Assembly (NCBI GenBank): GCA_963727055.1
Contig: CAVSEN010000002.1
Span: 864,199-928,198, forward strand
DNA from: an uncultured Chloroflexia bacterium
GTDB lineage: Bacteria > Chloroflexota > Limnocylindria > Limnocylindrales > CSP1-4
DNA: 64,000 nucleotides
Reading direction: 5' to 3'
The position numbers and the translations under genes are program-made. Of the stretch, positions 16,098-24,176 are shown piece after piece. Numbering within the stretch: the first letter of the stretch is position 1; each line of letters opens with the position of its first letter. The notes beneath the pieces are model-generated. The model did not search any database, had not been told where the DNA came from, and saw nothing but the letters and a program-made list of their open reading frames with translations.

Positions 16098-16622
16098 GTG
16101 AGCCCTCATTCGATCCGCCCGTTCTACGCCGACTGGCCGGTGTATCACCGCCACATCGTCGACCTCGTTCGTGGCATGAGCGAGGACGAGCTCGGCATCC
16201 GGCCCGCTCCCGAGCGATGGCCGATTTGGGCCACGGTCGGCCATATGGCCGGTGTCCGCGTCTTCTGGCTGTGCTACGTGATCGGAGAGCCGGGGATTGA
16301 GGCGACCCCGTGGGCCGACCCCGCGCAGACGGGCTGGGAGGACACGCTCGACCATCCGCGCGGGGCGGACGAACTCGCCCAGGCCCTCACGAGCACGTGG
16401 TCCATCGTCGATCGCTGTCTCGATCACTGGACGCCCGAAATGCTGGACGAGACCGTCAGGATCGAGTCCGCGGGTGGCGTGCGGCTCCACACGCGCCAGT
16501 CGATCCTGCTGCGCCTCCTTTCGCACGACGCGTACCACGCGGGAGAACTCTCCCAGACGCTCGGCATCGCGGGCCTTTCCCAGATCGACCTGTGGCCTCC
16601 CGAGGACCACCCTCTCCGATAG
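16098..16622 (+). CDS. DinB-family (DinB_2) protein
   Basis: GTG after GAGGG. ..WPIWATVGHMAGVRVFW... and the C-terminal LLRLLSHDAYHAGELSQTLG histidine motif. Confidence 0.85.
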   Translation: MSPHSIRPFYADWPVYHRHIVDLVRGMSEDELGIRPAPERWPIWATVGHMAGVRVFWLCYVIGEPGIEATPWADPAQTGWEDTLDHPRGADELAQALTSTWSIVDRCLDHWTPEMLDETVRIESAGGVRLHTRQSILLRLLSHDAYHAGELSQTLGIAGLSQIDLWPPEDHPLR

Positions 16623-16649
16623 CCGGCGCTCAATCATCGCCAACCAGGA

Positions 16650-16715
16650 TTTTGGAATGCCCGGCAGCGCGAGTGCCAGGCCGTGGGCGTGCGCCGACCG
16701 CGTCAGCCTGTAGCT
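16650..16715 (-). pseudogene. third copy of the conserved remnant peptide (YRLTRSAHAHGLALALPG)
   Basis: DNA GCCCGGCAGCGCGAGTGCCAGGCCGTGGGCGTGCGCCGACCGCGTCAGCCTGTA aligns with 2695-2750 and 19847-19895. There is no ORF context. Confidence 0.3.
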
Positions 16716-16899
16716 CTGATTCCGTGGATGGCGAGCAGGCAGCGCGCGGTTAATGCAGAGCTGACTCTACGCTGCAAGTGGACACCACCCACCGATCTTG
16801 ACGGCTCCCAGGCCGCCAAGGGACGCCCCGCTGAAGTCACCCGGGCTCGAGACCCGGCACCACGAGCCACCCCGGTCTCGGCCCAGCGCTGCTTCGGGA

Positions 16900-17289
16900 T
16901 CAGCCGCGCCGGCGGAACCACAGGAGCGCGGCGAGGTAGCCGAGGCCGCCAGCTGCGATCACCACGGCGAAGTCGTTGCCGCTCTCACCCTGCGCTATGG
17001 ACCAGATGAAGCCGACGACGGCGACGAGGAGGGCGACCGTCCCGGCCACGGCGGTGGCGTGGATGCTGAAAGCGGCGAGCCGCTCGTCGACCGGACGGCC
17101 CCCGAGGATGCCGAGGGTTTCGATCCGGCCGCCGAAGACCGCGATGACCGTGCTGTAGACCGCCATGACCGCGAACATCGCGAGCCCGGTCTCGGGTTCG
17201 CCCCCGATGGCCGATGCGGCGAAGAAGAGCACTCCCAGCAACAGGCCGAACGCCGGCATGCCCCATCTATCGCGCATCGTCGTCTCCAT
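16900..17289 (-). CDS. hypothetical membrane protein, paired with the XRE regulator
   Basis: Four TM helices. Its start overlaps the end of the XRE gene by 23 nt, indicating a two-gene operon. Confidence 0.7.
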   Translation of the reverse strand: METTMRDRWGMPAFGLLLGVLFFAASAIGGEPETGLAMFAVMAVYSTVIAVFGGRIETLGILGGRPVDERLAAFSIHATAVAGTVALLVAVVGFIWSIAQGESGNDFAVVIAAGGLGYLAALLWFRRRG

Positions 17290-17470
17290 GGAACAGTTCC
17301 TCCACCGGTTTGCCGAAGAAGCGTGCCAGCGTGATGGCCAGCGGCAATGACGGGAGATAGCGGCCGGTCTCGATGGCGTTGACGGTCTGGCGCGACACCT
17401 TCAGCGCCTTCGCGAGGTCCTCCTGCCGCAGGCCCTTCGCCGTCCTCAGCTCCCGCACGTCGTTCCGCAT
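17267..17470 (-). CDS. XRE-family helix-turn-helix transcriptional regulator
   Basis: LRTAKGLRQEDLAKALKVSRQTVNAIETGRYLPSLPLAITLARFFGKPVEELF. Confidence 0.88.
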   Translation of the reverse strand: MRNDVRELRTAKGLRQEDLAKALKVSRQTVNAIETGRYLPSLPLAITLARFFGKPVEELFHGDDDAR

Positions 17471-17589
17471 GGATGGAAAGGTAGCTTGACATCGCGAGGC
17501 GTGTCAAGCCCCTTTTACGCCAAGCACGGCGGCTGACAGCGGCCGGGTGCTGGCGCTCAGGCAGGCCTAGTCGTCCGTCGGCGCTCCGC

Positions 17590-17665
17590 CCTCCGGTTCC
17601 GGCAGCCACGGCGCGAAGGATCCACACCAGCCGGGCAGTGTTCGGAGCCCCAACCTTGGACCGCG
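17590..17665 (-). pseudogene. LuxR-family gene 3'-end fragment (copy G)
   Basis: CGGCAGCCACGGCGCGAAGGATCCACACCAGCCGGGCAGTGTTCGGAGCCCCAACCTTGGACCGCGCG aligns at DNA level with the ..KVGA..AQLVWILALRLP-coding part of copies A, C and F. The HTH part is absent. Confidence 0.4.
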
Positions 17666-17719
17666 CGTTCCGCCGCGGCAGCCGTGATGCGTTGGATGAA
17701 GGTCAGGATGTCGAGCCCG

Positions 17720-18388
17720 CTAGGTGCGCTGGGTTCCGGCGGCGTCGAACGCCATGGCACGCTGTAGGGCGGCGGCCCGCAGCTCGGTTGGCACCTCGAC
17801 CGGGCCACCGAACGCGCGGGCGATGAACGATGCCTGGGCTGCCTCCTCCACGACACCGCCGACGAGCACGGCGAGATCGGCCGTGCGGTGGAACACGAGC
17901 ACGCCGTGGTTGGCCAGGAGGACTGCCGGCACTCCCGGCCGGACGGCCCGGCGGATGTTCGCCACTGCCTCGCTCGAGCCGCGCGGGCCGTATCCGGCCA
18001 CGGGCACGCCGTCCGCCAGGCCGAACATCGCGAGGGCCTCGATCCAGCACCCGATCGGCTGATTTGCCACGGCGTAGGCGGTCGCATACGGCGAATGGGT
18101 GTGAAGCACGCAGCCAACGCTCGCGTCGTCCAGGTACATCGCCGTGTGCATCGCCACGACGGCCCCCTGGATCGGCGGCAGCGACCCCTCGATGAGCTTC
18201 CCGTCGAGGCCGACACGGACCACACCCTCGGCCGTCAGCCCGCGGAGTGAGGGCGCCGACGTGAAGTACATCTCGTCCGAGTTCGGCACCCGAACGCTCA
18301 CGTTGCCGTGCCCGTTCGCCGAGATCGCGCCGCTCGCGACCACGCTCGCGGCGACGGCCACCACCTGATCAACGAGCACGCGATCCAT
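17720..18388 (-). CDS. class II aldolase/adducin-family protein
   Basis: ..NGHGNVSVRV...MYFTSAP...VLHTHSPYATAYAV...LLANHGVLVFHRT. These are the metal-binding His motifs of class II aldolases. Confidence 0.85.
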   Translation of the reverse strand: MDRVLVDQVVAVAASVVASGAISANGHGNVSVRVPNSDEMYFTSAPSLRGLTAEGVVRVGLDGKLIEGSLPPIQGAVVAMHTAMYLDDASVGCVLHTHSPYATAYAVANQPIGCWIEALAMFGLADGVPVAGYGPRGSSEAVANIRRAVRPGVPAVLLANHGVLVFHRTADLAVLVGGVVEEAAQASFIARAFGGPVEVPTELRAAALQRAMAFDAAGTQRT

Positions 18389-18418
18389 TTGTCTGCCTCC
18401 AAGCGGGATTCTTGCGCG

Positions 18419-19712
18419 TCATGATGGCCTGGCCGAGGGATGTCGGTCTGGAACGGCCCGACGTGCAGCGTAAAGGACGATCGGCTCCGTCACGCCCTTG
18501 AGCTCCACTGGGCCGATGGGCGTGAAGGACACGTCAGCCGAGTCGTCGGCCCGGATCCCATCCGTCGCCGCGTCCACCACGTCCCGGCTGACCAGCACCT
18601 CGCCCTGGCGCGCGTAGTCCGCGATGCGCGACGCGACGTTCACCGTCCGCCCGAAGTAGTCTCCGGCCTGGAACAGCACCGGGCCCGAATGCACGCCGAC
18701 GTGCGCCGGCGGCAGCCCCGATCGTGCGGCTCCCTCCACCATCTCGATCGACGCGATGACGGCGTTCGCCGGGCTCGGGAAATGGAACATGACCCCGTCG
18801 CCCAACCATTTCACTGGCTTGCCCCCATGCTGCGTCGACGTCCGCTGCACGAGGCGGCTGAGCTGCGCCGCGAGGTCGGCGGCTGCCTCGTCGCCGCGTT
18901 CGTTGGTCAGACGCGTATAGCCGGTCAGGTCGAGAAAGGCGATCGCCGGCGGGACGCTGGAGTCGCTCGTGGAGTCCCGCCCGCACAAGGATCCCCTCGA
19001 ACCCCTCGAGGATGTTGCGCATCCACTGGTTCGCCTGCTGGCCGTGATAGAGCGCCCGGATCGCCTGATCCGCTGGTCCCACCAGCTCGCCGGACAGCCG
19101 GCTGGTCAGCTCGAAGAGCTCCTGGTAGGTCACGTCGCGCCGGAAGAGCGGCTGCAGGAGCTCCGAGCTCCACCACTCCGCCTCTGTCTCCGCGATGCGG
19201 CGGAGACTCTCGCCATACGTCCGGAGGGAGCGCTCGATCACTGGCTGGCGGCAGCCGTTATCGACCATGAACCGCAGCAGCGGCAGGACATCCAGCTCGT
19301 CCTGGCCGATCCGGTCCGTTGGCCTCGGCGGCGCATAGCCCATCGACTCCCGGACGATCAGCAGTAACTCGACGGGTAGGGCGCATCGCTCTGCTGCCTG
19401 CTCGAAGGTCTCGTGTCCGAGCGGGTCAAAGCGTTCATACGTTGGCGTGTCGGCGAAATCGAGCCCGACCAGACCCTGGCGCATCGCCACGGCCAAGCCA
19501 TCGATCGGCAGGCCGGACCGTTCCAGGGACCTGGTGATCCGAATCCGCCGCACGTGGCCGGTGGAAAAGCGACCGTCCGCGTCCGGCTCGATCACGCCGG
19601 CTGACACGTACCGGTCAAGATCGGCGGGGTCCACCTCTGCGCGGATGGCGGTCTCTTCTGCCGTGAACGCGCCCACCTCGGCAGGATGCCGCTTCGCACA
19701 TCCGGCGGTCAA
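18419..19712 (-). pseudogene. adenylate/guanylate cyclase with a MerR-like N-terminal region; one frameshift near 18965-18985
   Basis: The N-terminal ORF 18534..19712 runs to ..ILVRAGLHE. The +1 frame continues STSDSSVPPAIAFLDLTGYTRLTNERGDEAAADL...KWLGDGVMFHF...VGVHSGPVLFQAGDYFGRTVNVASRI, a class III cyclase domain. Confidence 0.7.
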
Positions 19713-19774
19713 GGTCGTGTCGGCTGCCGGCCCGAGATCCGTTGCTTATGCCGATCGCGCTCGCGCTACGGCCA

Positions 19775-19846
19775 TCCACTCCTCGCGACCTTCGACTAGA
19801 ACAGTGTGGGTTGCACGCCCGCGTCCAACACCTGTCGGGCGCGCCA
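19775..19846 (+). repeat. repeat copy D (diverged): leader-like block ending in a tRNA-Arg 3'-end copy (19832-19846)
   Basis: CCACTCCTCGCGACCTTCGACTAGAACAGTGTGGGTTGCACGCCCGCGTCCAACACCTGTCGGGCGCGCCA. It sits 5' of the cyclase gene, not a LuxR gene. Confidence 0.65.
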
Positions 19847-19965
19847 GTGCCAGTCCGTGCGCGTAGGCCGCGTGGGTCAGGCGGACACCGACGATCTCGG
19901 GGCCCGCGACCGAGATCCGTTCGTAGGCCGACCTCGTTGTACGAGCCGGGCGACGAGCCCGGTCC
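19847..19965 (-). pseudogene. conserved remnant peptide abutting core D (..YERISVAGPEIVGVRLTHAAYAHGLALA)
   Basis: Same peptide and DNA as 2683-2800, and in the same position relative to the CTGTCGGGCGCGCCA core. Confidence 0.35.
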
Positions 19966-20135
19966 CGCCCGCCGTTCGACGCAGCGGCTATCCTGCTGCC
20001 GTGGACCTCGGCGTCATCCGCCCCTCCTACGCCGACTGGGAGGCGTGACCACGTATTGCCACGGGATGTTGAGCCGGGACGGCGCCAGTCGAGCCGCCTC
20101 CGTTTGCCGTCTCAGCTGCGCGTGAGCGTCGATTC

Positions 20136-21443
20136 TCAGGCCGGGCGAGCGCCGTCGTCCAGGAGCAGCGATGAATCGTGGTCTCGATGCCAGGCGCGCC
20201 GGCCGGGCGAGGAATCGCCCTCCGTACCGCTGGTCATCGCCTCCTCCATCGTCGACCTCGTCGCGGTGCAGATCCGGTTGCGTCCCGTAGATTTCGCCTC
20301 GTAAAGGGCAAAGTCGGCGACCCGTAGGGGGCCATCCCAGCTTGAGTGCGGCGGTTCTGAGATGGCCACGCCGCCACTGATCGTGAGCGTTCCATCGGTA
20401 TCGCCGGGCCGCATCCGGATCCGGAGCCCCTCGACTGCCAGGCGGATCCGCTCGGCCACCGCTGAAGCTGCCTCCATGTCGGCTCCTGGGAGAATCACAA
20501 CGAACTCCTCGCCGCCATATCGATAGACCGTGTCGCGTCCGCGGACGACGCGTTTGAGCTCGGTAGCGACCGATCGCAGGGCGGCATCTCCGGCGGCATG
20601 GCCGAGCTCGTCGTTGAGCTGCTTGAAGCGGTCAACATCGAGCATCAGGACCGCACATGTAGCGTCGATCTGGCGGAGTGAAACGGCGAGGAGCCCAAGG
20701 TCCGTCTCGAGCCGGCGCCGGTTCATGAGGTCGGTCAGGGGGTCGGTGGTGGCATGGCCGCTCAGCACCCGGTTCAACCGGACGAGCTCGAGCTCGTTCT
20801 CGAGCGTTCGCAAGCGCGGCCGCTCGAGCAGGGCACCGCCACACCAGCCGATCAGGCAGCCGATCGCGATGTCGACCGCGATATCGGCTCGCTGTGTGAC
20901 ATCCAACCGGTCGAACCCGGTCAGCACGACGAACCCGATCAGCGTCCCCGCGTACGCGACCAGCCAGCCGGTCCGCAGATTGCGCGACCAGCCGATGAAG
21001 AGCGGCACGGCCACCGGCAGGATGGCGAAGGAGCTGGTCATCGAGAGCAAGGTCTTGGGCTCAATGGCCAGTGTCCAGGGCAAGCAGATCGCCGGGATCG
21101 AGGCCATCGCCAAGCTCAGCTGAACGAGGAGCCTGCGCGGAGCGCGGACGGCCAGCGGATGGAGGAGACCGGTCGCCACCGCGGCGATCGCCCAGACGCC
21201 GAACAGTTCTGGGGCGTTGTCCGGATAGCGAGCTGCCAGGAAGATGCCCGTGATCAACAGCACCGGGGCCACCCCGAGCGCTCCGAAGCGCAGGGTTCGG
21301 CGCAGTTCCTCGAGCTGGCGGATCATGTCGCGCCGACGGACGGCGTCGCGGCGGGCGACGCTTAGGAGTTGATCTGGCGGGGGCACCCGACTGGACCTCA
21401 ACGGAGGCTCAGCATGGTCGCGCGCAACCGGAGCGGCCCTCAC
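20136..21443 (-). CDS. membrane-anchored diguanylate cyclase (GGDEF domain)
   Basis: Six to seven N-terminal TM helices, then DPLTDLMNRRRLE...LMLDVDRFKQLNDELGHAAGDAALR...YRYGGEEFVVILPG. Confidence 0.88.
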   Translation of the reverse strand: MRAAPVARDHAEPPLRSSRVPPPDQLLSVARRDAVRRRDMIRQLEELRRTLRFGALGVAPVLLITGIFLAARYPDNAPELFGVWAIAAVATGLLHPLAVRAPRRLLVQLSLAMASIPAICLPWTLAIEPKTLLSMTSSFAILPVAVPLFIGWSRNLRTGWLVAYAGTLIGFVVLTGFDRLDVTQRADIAVDIAIGCLIGWCGGALLERPRLRTLENELELVRLNRVLSGHATTDPLTDLMNRRRLETDLGLLAVSLRQIDATCAVLMLDVDRFKQLNDELGHAAGDAALRSVATELKRVVRGRDTVYRYGGEEFVVILPGADMEAASAVAERIRLAVEGLRIRMRPGDTDGTLTISGGVAISEPPHSSWDGPLRVADFALYEAKSTGRNRICTATRSTMEEAMTSGTEGDSSPGRRAWHRDHDSSLLLDDGARPA

Positions 21444-21939
21444 CCATTAGTCATTGAACCGGTAGCGGGCTCGTGGATAGGCCTGGGCCTGCCACGATGA
21501 CCAAAGCGTGGCGCCCCTGATGACTTTCCTTGGTATGAACCTACCCTGCCGACGGAGTCCGGACCACTGAGGCTCCTGCCGGGGTCCCGGGCTAACGTCG
21601 AGCTGGTGTCCCTCTCGCGCTCGGCGGAGGTGCCGGCTGGCCGTGCGCGGGCGGCTGATTGGTCTCATCGGGACCTTGTGAACCGTACGGCCGCTGGCTG
21701 GTGCGAGCCAGCGCGTTCGGGTCGAGTCGGCGCTTCTCATGGGCCGCCAATGATCCATCCTCATCCTGGGCCCTGAAGCAATCAGAGCGACAAGCCGAAT
21801 GACCGCAACGTCAGTCGTCGGGAGATGCGGCGGCCGGAGTCACGTCATGCCTTGATCGTCAGAAATGTCCGGAACACGTAATCCGCTTCGACATTCCGAT
21901 GAGCGGCGCCCAAAGGGTGCCTAGCAGAGGAGACCGGCG

Positions 21940-22359
21940 GTGAAGTTCATGATCTCGACGTATGCCACACAGTCCGACTACGACGCAATGGGCGGCAAGC
22001 CCGGCGCGAACGCCGAGTGGTCGCCCGAGGCGTTCGCCGCGATGGGGGCCTTCATGGAGGCCTTCAATCGCGAGCTCGACGCGTCAGGCGAGCTCGTCGA
22101 GACCCGCGCCCTCGACGCGCCCGTGCACGCCCGGCGCATTCAGCTCAAGCAGGGGCTGCCGATCGTGACCGACGGTCCCTACGCGGAGACCCAGGAAGTG
22201 CTGGCCGGCTACTGGATCGTCGAGTGCGCCAGCTTTGATCGAGCGACCGAGATCGCCGCGAGACTCTCGACCATTCCCGGTCCGGAGAGCGTCCAGGACC
22301 GCGCCTACGCCGACGTCCGTCCGATCCTCGAGTCCCGGGACGACCTCGCGGAGGGCTGA
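21940..22359 (+). CDS. YciI-family (DGPF domain) protein
   Basis: MKFMISTYATQ...IVTDGPYAETQEVLAGYWIVECASFDRATEIAARL. The classic partner of the sigma factor downstream. Confidence 0.85.
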   Translation: MKFMISTYATQSDYDAMGGKPGANAEWSPEAFAAMGAFMEAFNRELDASGELVETRALDAPVHARRIQLKQGLPIVTDGPYAETQEVLAGYWIVECASFDRATEIAARLSTIPGPESVQDRAYADVRPILESRDDLAEG

Positions 22360-22365
22360 ACGAGC

Positions 22366-23598
22366 GTGACGGAAACGCCGATCGAGGACCTGCTGCGCCG
22401 CCTTGCGCCGCAGGTTCTCGGCGCGCTCGTCCGACGCTACGGCCAGTTCGACACTGCTGAGGACGCCGTTCAGGAGGCACTCGTCGCGGCGGCGACCGCC
22501 TGGCCGGTCGAAGGCGTCCCTGCCAACCCGCGCGGCTGGCTCGTGACCGTGGCATCGCGGAGGCTCACGGACATGCTGCGCCAGGGACAGGCCCGGCGGC
22601 GGCGCGAGGACGCCGTATCGGCGCAGGTCCTACCGAGCGAGCGGTTCGCTCCTGCCGCTGACGCCGCCCGCGACGACGCCGACGATTCGCTCATCGTCCT
22701 GTTCATGTGCTGCCACCCGGCGCTCACGGAGGCTTCTCAGATCGCCCTGACGCTCCGGGCGCTCGGCGGGTTGACGACGGCCGAGGTCGCCCGGGCACTG
22801 CTCGTCCCGGAGGCCACCGTCACGCGCCGGATCAGTCGGGCGAAAGCGGCCATCGCGGAGAGCGGCATCCCCTTCCGCCTGCCCTCGAGCGCGGAAGGGG
22901 CGGAACGCCTCGCCGTCATCCTTCACGTCCTGTATCTAATCTTCAACGAGGGATACGTGAGCACAGCCGGGTTGGCCCTCCAGCGGCCCGACCTCGCGGC
23001 GGAGGCGATCCGGCTCACGCGCCTCGTCCACGCCTTGCTGCCCGACGACCCCGAGGTCAGCGGCCTGCTCGCGCTCATGCTGCTCACCGACGCTCGGCGT
23101 GCCGCCCGAACGGGGCCTGCCGGCGAGCTCGTCCCGATGGCCGACCAGGACCGAAGCCTCTGGGACCACGCGGCGATCACCGAGGGAACCGGGCTCGTCG
23201 ACCAGGCCCTGGCCGAAGGCGTGGCCGGCCCCTACCTGCTCCAGGCCGCGATCGCTGCCGTCCACGATGCGTCGTCGACGGCGGAGGCGACCGACTGGGC
23301 CAGGATTGAGGGACTGTACGACCAACTGTCGGCGATCTCGGACAACCCGGTCATCGCGCTCAACCGCGCAGTCGCCGTTGCCATGGTTCGCGGTCCTCTG
23401 GCCGGCCTTGAGCTGCTCGTCGCGGTGGAGGGGGACAGGCGGCTCGCCGAAGATCACCGCCTGTACGCGGTGCGTGCGCACCTGCTCGACATGCTCGGCC
23501 GAACGGATGCGGCGCGCAAGGCCTACGAGGCCGCTGCGATGCGGACGAGCAACCTCGCACAACAACGGTTCCTTCGAGGGCGGGCCTCGCGAGCCTGA
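22366..23598 (+). CDS. ECF-type RNA polymerase sigma factor with an extended C-terminal (DUF6596/TPR-like) domain
   Basis: The sigma-2 and sigma-4 regions (..VQEALVAAATAWP.., ..LRALGGLTTAEVARALLVPEATVTRRISRAKAAI) are followed by a ~230-aa C-terminal domain. YciI-sigma gene pair. Confidence 0.85.
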   Translation: MTETPIEDLLRRLAPQVLGALVRRYGQFDTAEDAVQEALVAAATAWPVEGVPANPRGWLVTVASRRLTDMLRQGQARRRREDAVSAQVLPSERFAPAADAARDDADDSLIVLFMCCHPALTEASQIALTLRALGGLTTAEVARALLVPEATVTRRISRAKAAIAESGIPFRLPSSAEGAERLAVILHVLYLIFNEGYVSTAGLALQRPDLAAEAIRLTRLVHALLPDDPEVSGLLALMLLTDARRAARTGPAGELVPMADQDRSLWDHAAITEGTGLVDQALAEGVAGPYLLQAAIAAVHDASSTAEATDWARIEGLYDQLSAISDNPVIALNRAVAVAMVRGPLAGLELLVAVEGDRRLAEDHRLYAVRAHLLDMLGRTDAARKAYEAAAMRTSNLAQQRFLRGRASRA

Positions 23599-24176
23599 TC
23601 GAGAACCTCACGCGACCCACTTCTCAGAAGCTCGACGGCGGAGCGGGCGACGAACAGCAGGCCGATCAGACTCGCCGAAGCTGTGCCGATCGTGATGTAG
23701 AAATCGTGCCAGCTCGCCAACGTCGCTTGATCCATCCGCCTGGCCTTTCGTGCTGACGACCGCCGCCTCGGTCATGTGCACGATAAGGGGGCTGGCGACA
23801 CGATGACCACGTCGTGCGTGACCAACGCAAAAGGACTTCGCGGAATGAGCTGAAGTCTGCTCAGGCCGTCGCCTGGTGACGATGGAGCTCGCAATGAGGT
23901 GCGCCGTCGCAAGGTAATGAGGCCAAGCGGACATGGGCCTACCTGAGCGGGTGAATCGGGCGCTCACTGAACCGGGAAGCTGGCGCTTGAGCAACCAATG
24001 ACCCCGTCGCAGCGGTTATCTGGGCTCAAGCCTCGGGACCGGTCCAGCCCGCCTGGCGCCGCTCACGGGCTACCCCCGCTCGACCATCTACAATCACCGA
24101 CGTCCGCACACCGCGATGGGCGGCTTCGTCCCCCGCGTCGCTGTCAACAACGTCCCCGAACATCACACCTAGCGGT

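Noticed and set aside
2654-19846. Integron-like cassette array with the repeats as attC sites
   Set aside because: There is no IntI-type integrase. The repeats lack the RYYYAAC/GTTRRRY core pairs (GCTAAC and GTTAGCA only approximate them). The identity to a tRNA 3' end points to tRNA-att recombination instead.
20180-20200. TGCCAGGCGCGCC inside the GGDEF gene tail as the original tRNA 3' end (distal attR marking the island boundary)
   Set aside because: The match is only to a hypothetical canonical 3' end that I reconstructed, not to observed sequence. It is 13 nt of GC-rich sequence with no flanking T-arm similarity, so it could easily arise by chance.
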